Assembly: GCA_040285745.1 (NCBI GenBank)
Contig: JAUFOR010000004.1
Coordinates: 806,001 to 870,000, forward strand
Direction of reading: 5' to 3'
Length of the DNA stretch: 64,000 nt
DNA from: Barthelona sp. PCE
Taxonomy: Eukaryota
The position numbers and the translations under genes are program-made. The notes below the pieces were generated by a model. That model was given only the letters and a program-made list of their open reading frames with translations. It was not told the DNA's origin and searched no databases. Position 1 is the first letter of the stretch, and every line of letters starts with the position of its first letter. Below are positions 12,701-20,753 of the stretch, piece after piece.

Positions 12701-13203
12701 CAGTCGAAACTATTGATTTTAATCTTGTTCCCAAGTATTTCTACCTGCCACTCTCTGGTGACGTTAAGAATTCTGCACCTTACAAACACTATGTTCAATT
12801 CGAGCACCATGTCAGTATGGGTGGTGAATACTTTTCATTTATGGATACAATGACGGATGACGGTGTTGATATCTACGTTTGGAGCATGGAATCAAGTCAA
12901 GGTCTTGATAAATACCTTTCTAATGGTCTAATTGGTTTCTACACTGGTTTAGTTCTTGTTGTCTGGCGTGCTATCCATGGTTTCGTGGTCAATAAGCACC
13001 CTAAGATTCCCTATGAGGATTTACAGAACCCTACCAATATTCTTTCTCTGTGTAACGATCTGCTACTCGTACGTGACAGTGTTGTTGGTCCTAATTGCGC
13101 TTTTGAAAGTGAAGAAGATAAACTAAAAGCAGAACGACGTATTTACGAACTTCTTCTAAACATTTATCGTTCCCAGAGCGCATTGGTTGCTTTTGGCAGT
13201 TAA
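6772..13203 (+). CDS. PIEZO: Piezo-type mechanosensitive ion channel
   Basis: About 2143 aa with many TM segments. Signature PFVYELRVILDWTFSDTVL (PFxxE-x6-W), DRVLYF, ISGFQLKYGFP and inner helix GLIGFYTGLVLVVWR. First ATG is at 6772. Confidence 0.95.
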   Translation: MSEFEELLEQDNTPITNTETRFSMVYYIFLHFIRVVMALLPSGAIFVIGKYPYNVNQHYWTGFIMLFSFFPPFLLTLFHKDKTTYGNVRRKLAIFILVLLVLVQGAAYYQYNKKEALGSFQVIDFNIFLIINGYFICLLLIYIIFLSFIKKKICPVKFFDEEHVKKTINEDVEEDKSGKSLRFAFSDAPILTIFVFCALIFWIGEWYYRYAIYATAAAFFFALFHIKESENLDENQYNEFYSVGRSLDFPTKLAFLSLLIAALLSTIKTNFSGIISDEVDMLRIGRGVGVWIGVCYLLSSYTKRRRTNWVRVVLKYSVGKLSRTLYSIVFFTFFIFNSYILMYPLFILGIFLTIIKDKVHLKITKLLLGVMIFAAAFINTSKSIDSKYSEPAISLLENDKLLITLISFICIVFSFFLLCERKQLQKSTSTEPTKINSLILYLVRNNLAMTFGSFHFIVMVVVYVFSMLQMTFITYFYLIVLVIFCIKPSLAREHFGVFLLIFSVSVCAMFPFMSYTRFDRLEKFCQMEDDFCGNIGLYVEYKSDDIPLVKPIFWIVINMGMCIYGVIQRESNGWAKVLGNMEFDIMKHPTFITFMTHFMKIIERLKGIGHRLFETLFMSSLMISGFGFPTSLINGVYLLLLVLNLPYYRAMMRKETTKQKNGLKVFTWIFAFIVPIARFLVQIPLIGYTLIDWSRKFEAINLRDIGLIVYDSNDRIIGLLPTLVTFLLSSYRFRFKHVDENSLLSVEADHESLEISVDESEQEENEEKWYDAVLSFWNVCWDMIKKGSMFVWKMIVVVLGPSLYIAVAYFLSKDLVWWGKSSYLDLTAMTILCLFQLSSDPIKRRKFSYLVFLLLVVQILCDYVFQMRFLELDQFIWLSDILKYGVGCRLIDRSWENSYFYVFSSTIRYRGWLVIISLAGYLLSFERFNTVLVINMKAVASWKDNIKHIFSLLMPCYGSDIVVCASLLLAFYNRSLLGIVIVLVVSPYILFGDRKKLTRNWRKMCSLLCVILIFEMAIVTISIEKWFFNSAIGGFLIKYFNLDSAVTRDYVFDFAMFTIFCWVLNSLSFKKVLMSNTDGNTKIENIDDTQHKKLTNHGCSEAFLRVYGIDSDDSIVAYEYDSDIIPEFFTYREIPMKNKKSVRIITGFLINSILVCVFVLGTFRHSFIALVYVCLSLVCFLQNQTQKIWKWLRISNFAAIFLIYFRQYLSFDNAWLDIIGMRKMSIYDLSTITDGYTGVFLDVLMFALLTIQHRVVVSQHMAATQEFHENEMTLARERGNKYISGLLHDHQLRQNNEVLRNNAQKERLDRVALQMEKLQTKLSIKEEHHSETESEHEENVEHVSTEVVKAFDPLSPFNLDVNDDDEEMSFKERILSFITIRLLKIIHVTEGETLKEAFYRTLFQMTDVFCYIVIGFFLFFRGSLMNAIIPFFTFMYAVFQRPKVSPKFWKFVMITLFVYIVAHYIIQFPFICVCRIHHSQGIGLEYRMGLDTCTTCIQSTAGVSLIHQFPYMLGLTKFNDAFWKLVWPEMATLFMVIFHRTIALRYGVWDTTDSAHYFEHSIDVEEIEKTADDEETNPNTFIIWCKKLWVNIKTMFTYKPSCFQGVDLYIPMFIIDFLTLLVLPFAVTSKKSLEGVSSSFLPGTFVVSLLVFFLMIMVDRVLYFRQSNKWKRQYLTGSVLLGILLCVVLGPRAANILPNESLSLRFVLLLRCIHALISGFQLKYGFPSYTKGNFVMRNNDGVHNILHTAFTSVPFVYELRVILDWTFSDTVLDFFEELKFQDIFHTIFKRECAVEKLKQNPEIKNEKQKILTKILFGGTLLLLVILLLFGPLFAFSSINPTSRLNPITGLSMSISINNYYPIYANSRAAEVTPVTFEELQAQVRKNSFLAAAEPRDVFKIKMFKDSEKVWAITPPNREALVESLNNSKIDGDNVVWVTYTFEREFPDDHKSVVTSVPQPLNVQQSKRFAECIEIGRSVETIDFNLVPKYFYLPLSGDVKNSAPYKHYVQFEHHVSMGGEYFSFMDTMTDDGVDIYVWSMESSQGLDKYLSNGLIGFYTGLVLVVWRAIHGFVVNKHPKIPYEDLQNPTNILSLCNDLLLVRDSVVGPNCAFESEEDKLKAERRIYELLLNIYRSQSALVAFGS

Positions 13204-13215
13204 TAATAATATAAT

Positions 13216-13240
13216 AGTAAAGAATATATACAAATTTACA
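13216..13240. terminator. Candidate WGTAAA polyadenylation signals of two convergent genes (AGTAAA + 13216-13221; TGTAAA - 13240-13235)
   Basis: Each lies just downstream of its own gene's stop codon on the matching strand. The same hexamer recurs after many other stops. Confidence 0.55.
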
Positions 13241-13241
13241 T

Positions 13242-14903
13242 CTACTTAAAATGATAAGAAGGTTTAGCAACTTTTAGGGGTGTACCTGCAGCTCCATTTT
13301 TCTTCCTGTGACTCAGACTGATTGATTTCTTTCCCCACTGCTTTGAATCAGATAAAACCTTGTTTGAAAATGGTCTTTGCAATCCAATTGCTAGTGTGCT
13401 CAAATGTGTCTTTTTTGGTGTTACAAAAGGTGTTTGAATCTCATCAGAAACTGTTTGCACCCCAATGGAAGATACAGAAGCTGTGTTCACTCGATCGTTT
13501 TGCTCAAACACAGATTTCTTAACAAAATTATACGCATCCATGTTGAGATGTGATAAAATCTTCTGTACAATACTCTTAAGAAGCACTTCCTGTTGGAAAG
13601 TATTGGTTAGCCCGAAAGAATCATTGGGTTTCTGCGTCATCAACTCCTCCATTGCTTTCTTCTCACTTTTTGAAAGAGACCCATACACACCGGTGAACTC
13701 CACACGTTCTTCCGATGAAGTTGCGTTTGGTAATGTGTGAACGTTTGAACGCATCTGTTCTTTTCTCTCGTACGACAAGTTCTCGCTACTAAGGAAATCA
13801 TATGGATGATACCCAAGATGGACCAACAGCCTCTGTATCAGGGATTGGATCACACCCTCCTGTTCGAAGTCTTCAAGCCTCTCAAGCTCACGCACGCTAC
13901 AGCTGTTAAGGTGAGACAACACAATATTCTCTAACTCACTCAATTCATTGTGCGATGTGATTGGTATGGGCTTCTCGCTCTTCATCACATCAATTTCAGC
14001 AGATAATTCAACTATTCTATGATCTTTTTCAGCCAAACTCTTGGCCTGCATCTCCTGCTGTACCACCATCCCACTATGGATCTTTCGTAACACAGCCTCG
14101 AGGATACTAGTCTGCCTAGCTGCCTCGCTACTCCTTTCTTGTTCCAGCTCCAGATCAGTCTGCAGTTTCTCTATCAACTTCACATTCTTCTCGTTTGTCT
14201 GATACAATTCTTCAATTTCCCTTGTTACAAGGCTCAGTTCTTGAGAAAGCTGCTGGTTTTCAAGAAGTGTACGACGCATAACATCATTAAGCTGTTCATC
14301 TGTAAACTTCTCCTCCTTAGCAGCTCTGACTTTGTTTTTTGCATCCAAGAGGATTTTATCCTTCTCCTGATACCAACGGCGCTCCAAGCCATCAATCTCA
14401 TCCTGATGTTCTTTTCTCTCTTTGGTCAGAATACTCTCCAAATTTTTGATATCATCTTTTAACTTCGGGATTATCTCATGAGCATGTCGCAACTCGTTAA
14501 GATGTTTTTCAAACTGCTCATGGGACTCCTTTAACTCATTCTTCAGAGCATCTTTATCAGAATTGATATTCTCTATCTGTTTGTTGAGATCTTCAATATT
14601 CCTTGTTAAGTCCTGCTCCTTTGTTTTGAGAGCCATTGTCCTCTGTTCATGCTCACGGTTGAGTTTGGATAACTGATGTTGCAAATGCTTAATAGTTTCA
14701 TGTGTGGTTTCGCTTTCGGTAGCTATATTGACCTCGCTCTTCGATATCTGTTCCTCGAGCTGAGATATTCTGTTTTTAGCTCTTGAAAGTTCTGATTTAG
14801 CTGCAAACACTTTCAGATTCATCTCTTCACGAATTTGATCGATATCGACCTCACCCTTACCCTTGCCTTTGGACTCGCCTTTTGCTTTGCGTTTTCCTGG
14901 CAT
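13242..14903 (-). CDS. Coiled-coil cilia/basal-body protein, CFAP157/BBOF1-like
   Basis: Basic N-terminus MPGKRKAKG..KGKGK, a long coiled coil, and the motif RRTLLENQQLSQEL seen in this group. Confidence 0.55.
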   Translation of the reverse strand: MPGKRKAKGESKGKGKGEVDIDQIREEMNLKVFAAKSELSRAKNRISQLEEQISKSEVNIATESETTHETIKHLQHQLSKLNREHEQRTMALKTKEQDLTRNIEDLNKQIENINSDKDALKNELKESHEQFEKHLNELRHAHEIIPKLKDDIKNLESILTKERKEHQDEIDGLERRWYQEKDKILLDAKNKVRAAKEEKFTDEQLNDVMRRTLLENQQLSQELSLVTREIEELYQTNEKNVKLIEKLQTDLELEQERSSEAARQTSILEAVLRKIHSGMVVQQEMQAKSLAEKDHRIVELSAEIDVMKSEKPIPITSHNELSELENIVLSHLNSCSVRELERLEDFEQEGVIQSLIQRLLVHLGYHPYDFLSSENLSYERKEQMRSNVHTLPNATSSEERVEFTGVYGSLSKSEKKAMEELMTQKPNDSFGLTNTFQQEVLLKSIVQKILSHLNMDAYNFVKKSVFEQNDRVNTASVSSIGVQTVSDEIQTPFVTPKKTHLSTLAIGLQRPFSNKVLSDSKQWGKKSISLSHRKKNGAAGTPLKVAKPSYHFK

Positions 14904-14965
14904 GAAAAAGCTGAAAATAGTGAAAAACGCTTGTTATTGTATATTGTCTTCTTCTCAATGCTGTT

Positions 14966-16510
14966 ATGTCATTGAAATCAAAGTTATCTCGGAAAGCCTC
15001 CGACTTTAGACGGCCAGTTTACGATTTTGGTCACAATGTAACACCAGAATATGAACTTGAGTTTAAGACCATCATTTCAGAAGTTATAGAACCACACCAC
15101 TGGGAAACAGGAGTTTTGGGGGATGTTAACAAATCCAAATTCGAAAAATGCACCAAAAAGCTGGATTCTACTTTGAATAAGCTAGAAAAAGCAAGCAGGG
15201 CTGTTGTTGATCTTCAAGCAAGGATCGAAAACGTTCTATCGACAGATTTACGGGAAGGATTAATCAGCACTGTTGGTTTATTAATGAGTACTGTAGCAGA
15301 CTTGCGAAATCCAATCATGAATCTACATGAACTTGCTCAATTGGCACTTGTACCACAAACATCCATACAGGAGCAGATTAACAAGCTACTTTTGGACGTG
15401 AATAGATCTTTAACAGATTCATCATTCCTCAATGCTCGAACGAGGAAATTGGCCAGTACACTAAAGAATAATTCACTTTTAATTAAAGACCTGAAGCAAG
15501 AACGAGGCATGTACAATTGGGTGAAGCTTATGAAGTCCTATGTTCGCAAACAAGAAGTTGAAAAGCTGAAATTAAAACTTGAAGTATCAATTGAGCAGAA
15601 TAGGGGTTTAAAGATAAAACTCAGGGAGAACGATCTAGACGGCGGTAACACCGAACGCACAGCGCATAAAGAAGATCTGGAAGTTGATAAAACAGTCAAA
15701 AAGAATGAGTTTGATGCAAGCAGGAACTATTACATGCCACCGAAAACACCAAACTCTCCTCGACCGAGGACCCCGAGAACCCCCATCCCAGTGCTTCCAC
15801 GAACGCCGTTGGATGGTCGCCCAAGGTCAAGCCCAATATCAGATTATTTCACAGCAAGACCAAACAGCAAGGGTAGAGTTTTTCCCAAAACGCCGAATAA
15901 CAGTGTTGTTCGTGACGTATCAACCCAGACGAAGCCTCTAATGAAGAAAGAAAAGAGCTCGAAGAAATTTAAGCGGAAAAAGAAGAAGCCCAGTCAGATC
16001 GCACAGCGTCTTTCCGAAATGAAGCACAATTTGTTGGAGGAAGTTAACAGCACAGTAACACGTGGAGTCAAGAAGCCTTCCTCGGGTAGACCAAGTAGTG
16101 TCCCATATCTACGAAAGCCAAAGGGGGATCCACTCGACAACTGGTCACGATTGGTCAAGGGTATGCGCCGTCATAATATGTTCAACATTATCCTTGATTA
16201 CATTCACAAACGGAATACACGGGAATTGGACGTTGTCATGCCATCAACTGCTTCATCATTTCAAACCGATGCAAAGAGACCGTTTAAGAAATTTGTTCCC
16301 AAAACATATGGTGAGAGGGAAACAATGTCGCCCACAGCTATGAATTTTTTTAGTCATCAAGGAAAAGACTCTAACCGAAAAGATTCTGCTGCATTGCCTT
16401 CGACGCCGAGTGTAGCGGGTAAAAAAGTTAAAAAATCAAAAGATAAGCAGAGGATCAAGAGACAAAAGTCAATGGATGATGACATTAAAGTGATGTGGGC
16501 TACCAAATAA
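14966..16510 (+). CDS. Hypothetical protein with an N-terminal coiled coil and a basic Pro/Ser/Thr-rich C-terminal half
   Basis: 514-aa ORF with repeated PRTP/PKTP motifs and Lys-rich patches. Confidence 0.75.
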   Translation: MSLKSKLSRKASDFRRPVYDFGHNVTPEYELEFKTIISEVIEPHHWETGVLGDVNKSKFEKCTKKLDSTLNKLEKASRAVVDLQARIENVLSTDLREGLISTVGLLMSTVADLRNPIMNLHELAQLALVPQTSIQEQINKLLLDVNRSLTDSSFLNARTRKLASTLKNNSLLIKDLKQERGMYNWVKLMKSYVRKQEVEKLKLKLEVSIEQNRGLKIKLRENDLDGGNTERTAHKEDLEVDKTVKKNEFDASRNYYMPPKTPNSPRPRTPRTPIPVLPRTPLDGRPRSSPISDYFTARPNSKGRVFPKTPNNSVVRDVSTQTKPLMKKEKSSKKFKRKKKKPSQIAQRLSEMKHNLLEEVNSTVTRGVKKPSSGRPSSVPYLRKPKGDPLDNWSRLVKGMRRHNMFNIILDYIHKRNTRELDVVMPSTASSFQTDAKRPFKKFVPKTYGERETMSPTAMNFFSHQGKDSNRKDSAALPSTPSVAGKKVKKSKDKQRIKRQKSMDDDIKVMWATK

Positions 16511-16603
16511 CTTAATATTGAATGTAAATAAATCTCCTAACTAAATAATGTAGACTTGAACACACCATCGTTATGAAATATTTACATGCTACGTTGCTAT
16601 ACG

Positions 16604-17692
16604 TTATGCCCAGATGCGAATTGTGTTATCCCATGATGCACTTGCAACACACGATCCATCTGGAGAAGTACGAAGACTGGAAATGGAATGTTGATGACCG
16701 GCCAGTGTCTGAACACAATTACCCTTTAGTGTATCAAAGACGAATATCAAACTCGATGTGCCGTTGCTCTGATCGTTATTACCTGAAGCAAACAGCAATC
16801 GACCACTCTGAGAAAAAGATATTGATGTGAATGGGATTCTCTTCGTTACGTTAACCGGCTTAAAGAAATGCAATGCCTGCTTGGCCCGTAAATCAAATAA
16901 ACCGCATGTACCATCGTCACAAGCACTGCCAAAAACATAATTATTATTCTTCAAGAACGCTACATTGTTGATCGGTGCATCATGACCTCCAAAAACGCCT
17001 TGACATTGCGATGTACGGGTGTCCCAGAGTCTGATAGTCTTATCACTACCTGCTGAAATGAAAAAATCTGTGTTGTTTTGGGGGGTAACGCTAAGAACAT
17101 CACCTGTGTGTCCTAAATACGTTGAAGAAGCACAAGACTGATTGAGGTCCCACAAGCGACATGACATGTCTGCTGAACCGGAGATTAATCTATTTGAGCC
17201 CATATACTTAATGGAAAAGCACATTGAACTGTGACCACTTAATTCAGAAAGTTTATATCGATCAGAATCTATCTCTGACGTCCTTGTTCTCAACCGCTGC
17301 TCCACGTCAAATATTAATATACGTTTTAATACACCTGCAACTGCAGCTGTTTTTGAATCTGGACTGATAGCAGTGCTCAATAACCACTTGGATCGGGCGT
17401 TCAGTGTATGTATTAATTGAGACTCAAAAGCGTCCCAAATTCGAATTGTGGAATCCTGTGAAACACTAATAAGATGTCTAGAATCTCTCATCCAATCAAT
17501 ACTGTATATCTTTGACTGATGCCCCTGTAGGATTCTCTGGCAGCCCAGCATTGTGGTATTAGCTAAATTGGTACATTGAGGACTTGTGATGTTAAGGTAT
17601 GGAATATCTCGTTTTGCATTAGATACTCTATCTATATCGCGAATGAGCTGCTTTATCTCATCAGCACACTGCTTGAACTGATCTGAGCTCAT
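16604..17692 (-). CDS. GNB: Heterotrimeric G-protein beta subunit (WD40)
   Basis: N-terminal helix, then RILQGHQSKIYSIDW..DSRHLISVSQD, FGSACDDGTCGLFDLRA, SISFSQSGRLLFA and ASASWDNTIRIWA, which match G-beta. The likely start is ATG 17692. Confidence 0.92.
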   Translation of the reverse strand: MSSDQFKQCADEIKQLIRDIDRVSNAKRDIPYLNITSPQCTNLANTTMLGCQRILQGHQSKIYSIDWMRDSRHLISVSQDSTIRIWDAFESQLIHTLNARSKWLLSTAISPDSKTAAVAGVLKRILIFDVEQRLRTRTSEIDSDRYKLSELSGHSSMCFSIKYMGSNRLISGSADMSCRLWDLNQSCASSTYLGHTGDVLSVTPQNNTDFFISAGSDKTIRLWDTRTSQCQGVFGGHDAPINNVAFLKNNNYVFGSACDDGTCGLFDLRAKQALHFFKPVNVTKRIPFTSISFSQSGRLLFASGNNDQSNGTSSLIFVFDTLKGNCVQTLAGHQHSISSLRTSPDGSCVASASWDNTIRIWA

Positions 17693-17737
17693 GGAAAGGG
17701 TAAAAATAATGTAAACACTTTTTCTCTTCATTTAAAG

Positions 17738-20700
17738 ATGTTGAAAACATCACAGACGTTTGATCTGGGCGATTGCACGTGGTTTAACTCTCTAGAAATT
17801 GTTTATTTCGACAATCTTCATATGAGAATTGTGGGAATTTGCATTGAAACAAGCGAAATTGGGTTTTTTTCGATCAACTCTGGGAATTTCACAACATCAA
17901 ACATTGAAAAATCATTCAAAACATGGTGTTGCACATCATCTAAACAAAATTCTATTGTTTTTTTGGGACATGATGATGGTACATGTACAGTCGTATTTGA
18001 CAGTGGTGTAACCAACAAGTACAAGTTTTTTATTGACCAGGGTATCGTAAACATCAACATATCCGTCATGAACCCAACGATTTTGCCGTGTATGACTTTA
18101 GTTGGGTCAGATGGTGTCCTTTGCTTTGTCAAAGAGGACATATTGTTTGCCATCACGCATATGTTTGATGATGAATTTGTTGAAGACAACTTTGAATATT
18201 TCGTTCTGCCAAGAGATATGATTGCAGCAAAAGTTTTTAGTGTTAATATTGATCATACTCTATTTATGATTGTGGGATCGAACTTCTGTCTTGCTTTGTT
18301 TGAGAGGAAGGCTAAAAAAATCAAAAAATTATTGGCAAAAGCGTCTAGATTTTTCAAGCGTTCTAAAGTTCCTACCATTCCTGAACTTCATCTTGTTAGT
18401 GTATTTTCTGATGATTCTCGTTTGTTTATTGATGTGTCTATGTTTAATACAGTCAACCATGAAACAAATCCGTATTTCTTGGGTCTGGATAACAAAGGAC
18501 GTTTATGTATATTCACATTCACATTAATTGATCACCCTGGCATGCACAACTACACTTCAATACAAATGTCTTCAATTATAAAGGGGCAGAGGAATTGTTT
18601 GTTTGATATCAGCACTTTCCCATTGTTTTCTGTGCTTAATACAAGGAGAAGTCTGCTTCGTGTACATAGTGTTTTCTCTGATATTCAACATGAATGCCAG
18701 TCAGAAGGAGTACTGTTGAGAACTATGTTCTGTTGTGAACCAGTTACTGCTTTTAGTTCAAGAACAACGGTGTTGAATGAAAATTCCCTCAAATCTTTTG
18801 TATTTGGTTCAAAAAAGGAGCAGTCAAAGGATTTTGAGCTCGTAAAAAGACACGTTAATGTCGTTCGTGTCACTGAAGTTGAGGCAACCAACATTGTGCT
18901 TGAGGATGACAGTGGAGCCAATATTATCAATATTATTCACAAATATGTCAGTGAAGACTTGGAGCAGGACGACAATGGGGTCCATCACGACCAATTACAT
19001 GCTTTAATTACAGTTATTCGACAATTAGCGACAGTTGATGGTGTAGCAAAAAGTTTTGAGCTAGCTGGTGTGATGCAGATGTGTTCAGTGTTGGGATGGC
19101 TTCAAAAATCCCTCCCTCTATCGTCTCTTTCACAAGTTGTTGCAGTTTCATTCGACATGCTGGATAATCTTAAACTAGATTATTATGAGGTTTACACCCC
19201 AAACGTATTAAGCGTGCTGGAGGCTTTTGATTTTGAAGGGAACAACCTGCAGTTGTGTGACGTCACGTGCCTTGACGAAGAAATCGTACGATGGTTGTGC
19301 TTCCCACCTATACTTCAGGAACTTCTCCCCATATTATCGCGCGAGAAATTGAAACAGCTACTTTTTACTTTATTCAAGTTCAATATACCAATCCACGCAT
19401 TGAGCGATGAATTCATAGCGCTCTGCCGGAAAATTTTAACGAAGAACGATTTTGAGGTTTCCGGTTTATATATTGATTTACCCATTGAAACAGGTGTGAG
19501 TATGATCATCCTGGCCAAAGAGCTTAACATACAGATCGACTTCAGTCTAAACGAGGTGCTCAGTTGCATTAGTGTAATAAGCAAGATCACCAATGCTGGC
19601 TTCAAGAACCAGCTCGATGAGTACTGTGGTGTCCTGCGCCTCAATGACCTGAAAGTATATCCAAGCGGTAGGCTTAGTGCATTCCATAATATATGCATGT
19701 ACAACAAAACAGATTCATGGGAGTTTTCGAAAGTTTTAACGGATGTAGACCACTTTTGGTTGTTTTGGGAGGCATGTAGACGGAATGAACTTGTTCTACT
19801 GAAGTTTCTGATCGAATCGCGAGGAGAATTATCTTTTTTCCTATGTTGTCTTGTATACGATTTCTTTTTACTTAAATGGTTACAAAATATTAGTAATGAA
19901 GATTATCAAGTGCTCACAGATCTTGTTTTTATTGTGGTTCGTAATCTCCAAAATCCCCTATTAGATTCTCAACCAACACTTGCTGTTCATCTGGACCCTC
20001 ATCTTTCCTTATTCGCAAGTCAAGTCTCATTCGTTCCTGAGGTTTCTGCTCTGTATGAGCTAAACATGTACGGTATAATGCTGTACAACATTCATAGATA
20101 TGGTTTGTACACTATTCCAATTGAGAGCTGCTTCCCACATGACATAAGTCTCATCAATCAACTAAATGTCGTTGATTTGGACAGCCTTAGCGTTGCTCTG
20201 AAGGATGGATCGGGAACTAAACCAATTGAAATGGTGAACAACACTAGTATATCGGGTACAGCATCAAATGAACAGATTATGTTTGCAAATCGCGAACGCT
20301 TTCTTGTTGGTCTTGCTCAGCACACACTGGATGATGCGTTGATTTTAAGTAACAGAATGCAGGTAACTGGATCAAAAATTTTGAACACACATGTTGTTGA
20401 GCTTCTAAAACATCAGAAAGCTGCTGAAGTCATTGAAATTCTTGAAGAACACACTGGGACATTTGAAAACTACGTTGCATTCTGCAATTCAATGGTTTTC
20501 CAGTTAAAGAATGAGGTTAAAAAAGTTCTAGATGCAAACGTTTCTGAAGCAGATAATGTTCGTCTACGTGCATCGTTACCACAAAACATATTTGAATGGC
20601 TCAACATTCCAATCAAAACAAACCAGATACTTATTCCGATTATTCAACTGGCAAAGCTTCTTGAACTAGTTTCTGGTTTTATTCCTACGTCTCAAGTTAC

Positions 20701-20749
20701 GTTGATGGAACAGTGCGAATATCTGATTTACCTAATTAAAAGCATTTAG
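17738..20749 (+). CDS. RAB3GAP2: Rab3 GTPase-activating protein non-catalytic subunit-like
   Basis: The motifs DDSR...DNKGRLCIF...IKGQRNC...VLNTRRSLLRV correspond to RAB3GAP2 D..R...D..GRV.L...WKGYRDA...IYAPRRG.LEV. Confidence 0.65.
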   Translation: MLKTSQTFDLGDCTWFNSLEIVYFDNLHMRIVGICIETSEIGFFSINSGNFTTSNIEKSFKTWCCTSSKQNSIVFLGHDDGTCTVVFDSGVTNKYKFFIDQGIVNINISVMNPTILPCMTLVGSDGVLCFVKEDILFAITHMFDDEFVEDNFEYFVLPRDMIAAKVFSVNIDHTLFMIVGSNFCLALFERKAKKIKKLLAKASRFFKRSKVPTIPELHLVSVFSDDSRLFIDVSMFNTVNHETNPYFLGLDNKGRLCIFTFTLIDHPGMHNYTSIQMSSIIKGQRNCLFDISTFPLFSVLNTRRSLLRVHSVFSDIQHECQSEGVLLRTMFCCEPVTAFSSRTTVLNENSLKSFVFGSKKEQSKDFELVKRHVNVVRVTEVEATNIVLEDDSGANIINIIHKYVSEDLEQDDNGVHHDQLHALITVIRQLATVDGVAKSFELAGVMQMCSVLGWLQKSLPLSSLSQVVAVSFDMLDNLKLDYYEVYTPNVLSVLEAFDFEGNNLQLCDVTCLDEEIVRWLCFPPILQELLPILSREKLKQLLFTLFKFNIPIHALSDEFIALCRKILTKNDFEVSGLYIDLPIETGVSMIILAKELNIQIDFSLNEVLSCISVISKITNAGFKNQLDEYCGVLRLNDLKVYPSGRLSAFHNICMYNKTDSWEFSKVLTDVDHFWLFWEACRRNELVLLKFLIESRGELSFFLCCLVYDFFLLKWLQNISNEDYQVLTDLVFIVVRNLQNPLLDSQPTLAVHLDPHLSLFASQVSFVPEVSALYELNMYGIMLYNIHRYGLYTIPIESCFPHDISLINQLNVVDLDSLSVALKDGSGTKPIEMVNNTSISGTASNEQIMFANRERFLVGLAQHTLDDALILSNRMQVTGSKILNTHVVELLKHQKAAEVIEILEEHTGTFENYVAFCNSMVFQLKNEVKKVLDANVSEADNVRLRASLPQNIFEWLNIPIKTNQILIPIIQLAKLLELVSGFIPTSQVTLMEQCEYLIYLIKSI

Positions 20750-20753
20750 ATAT

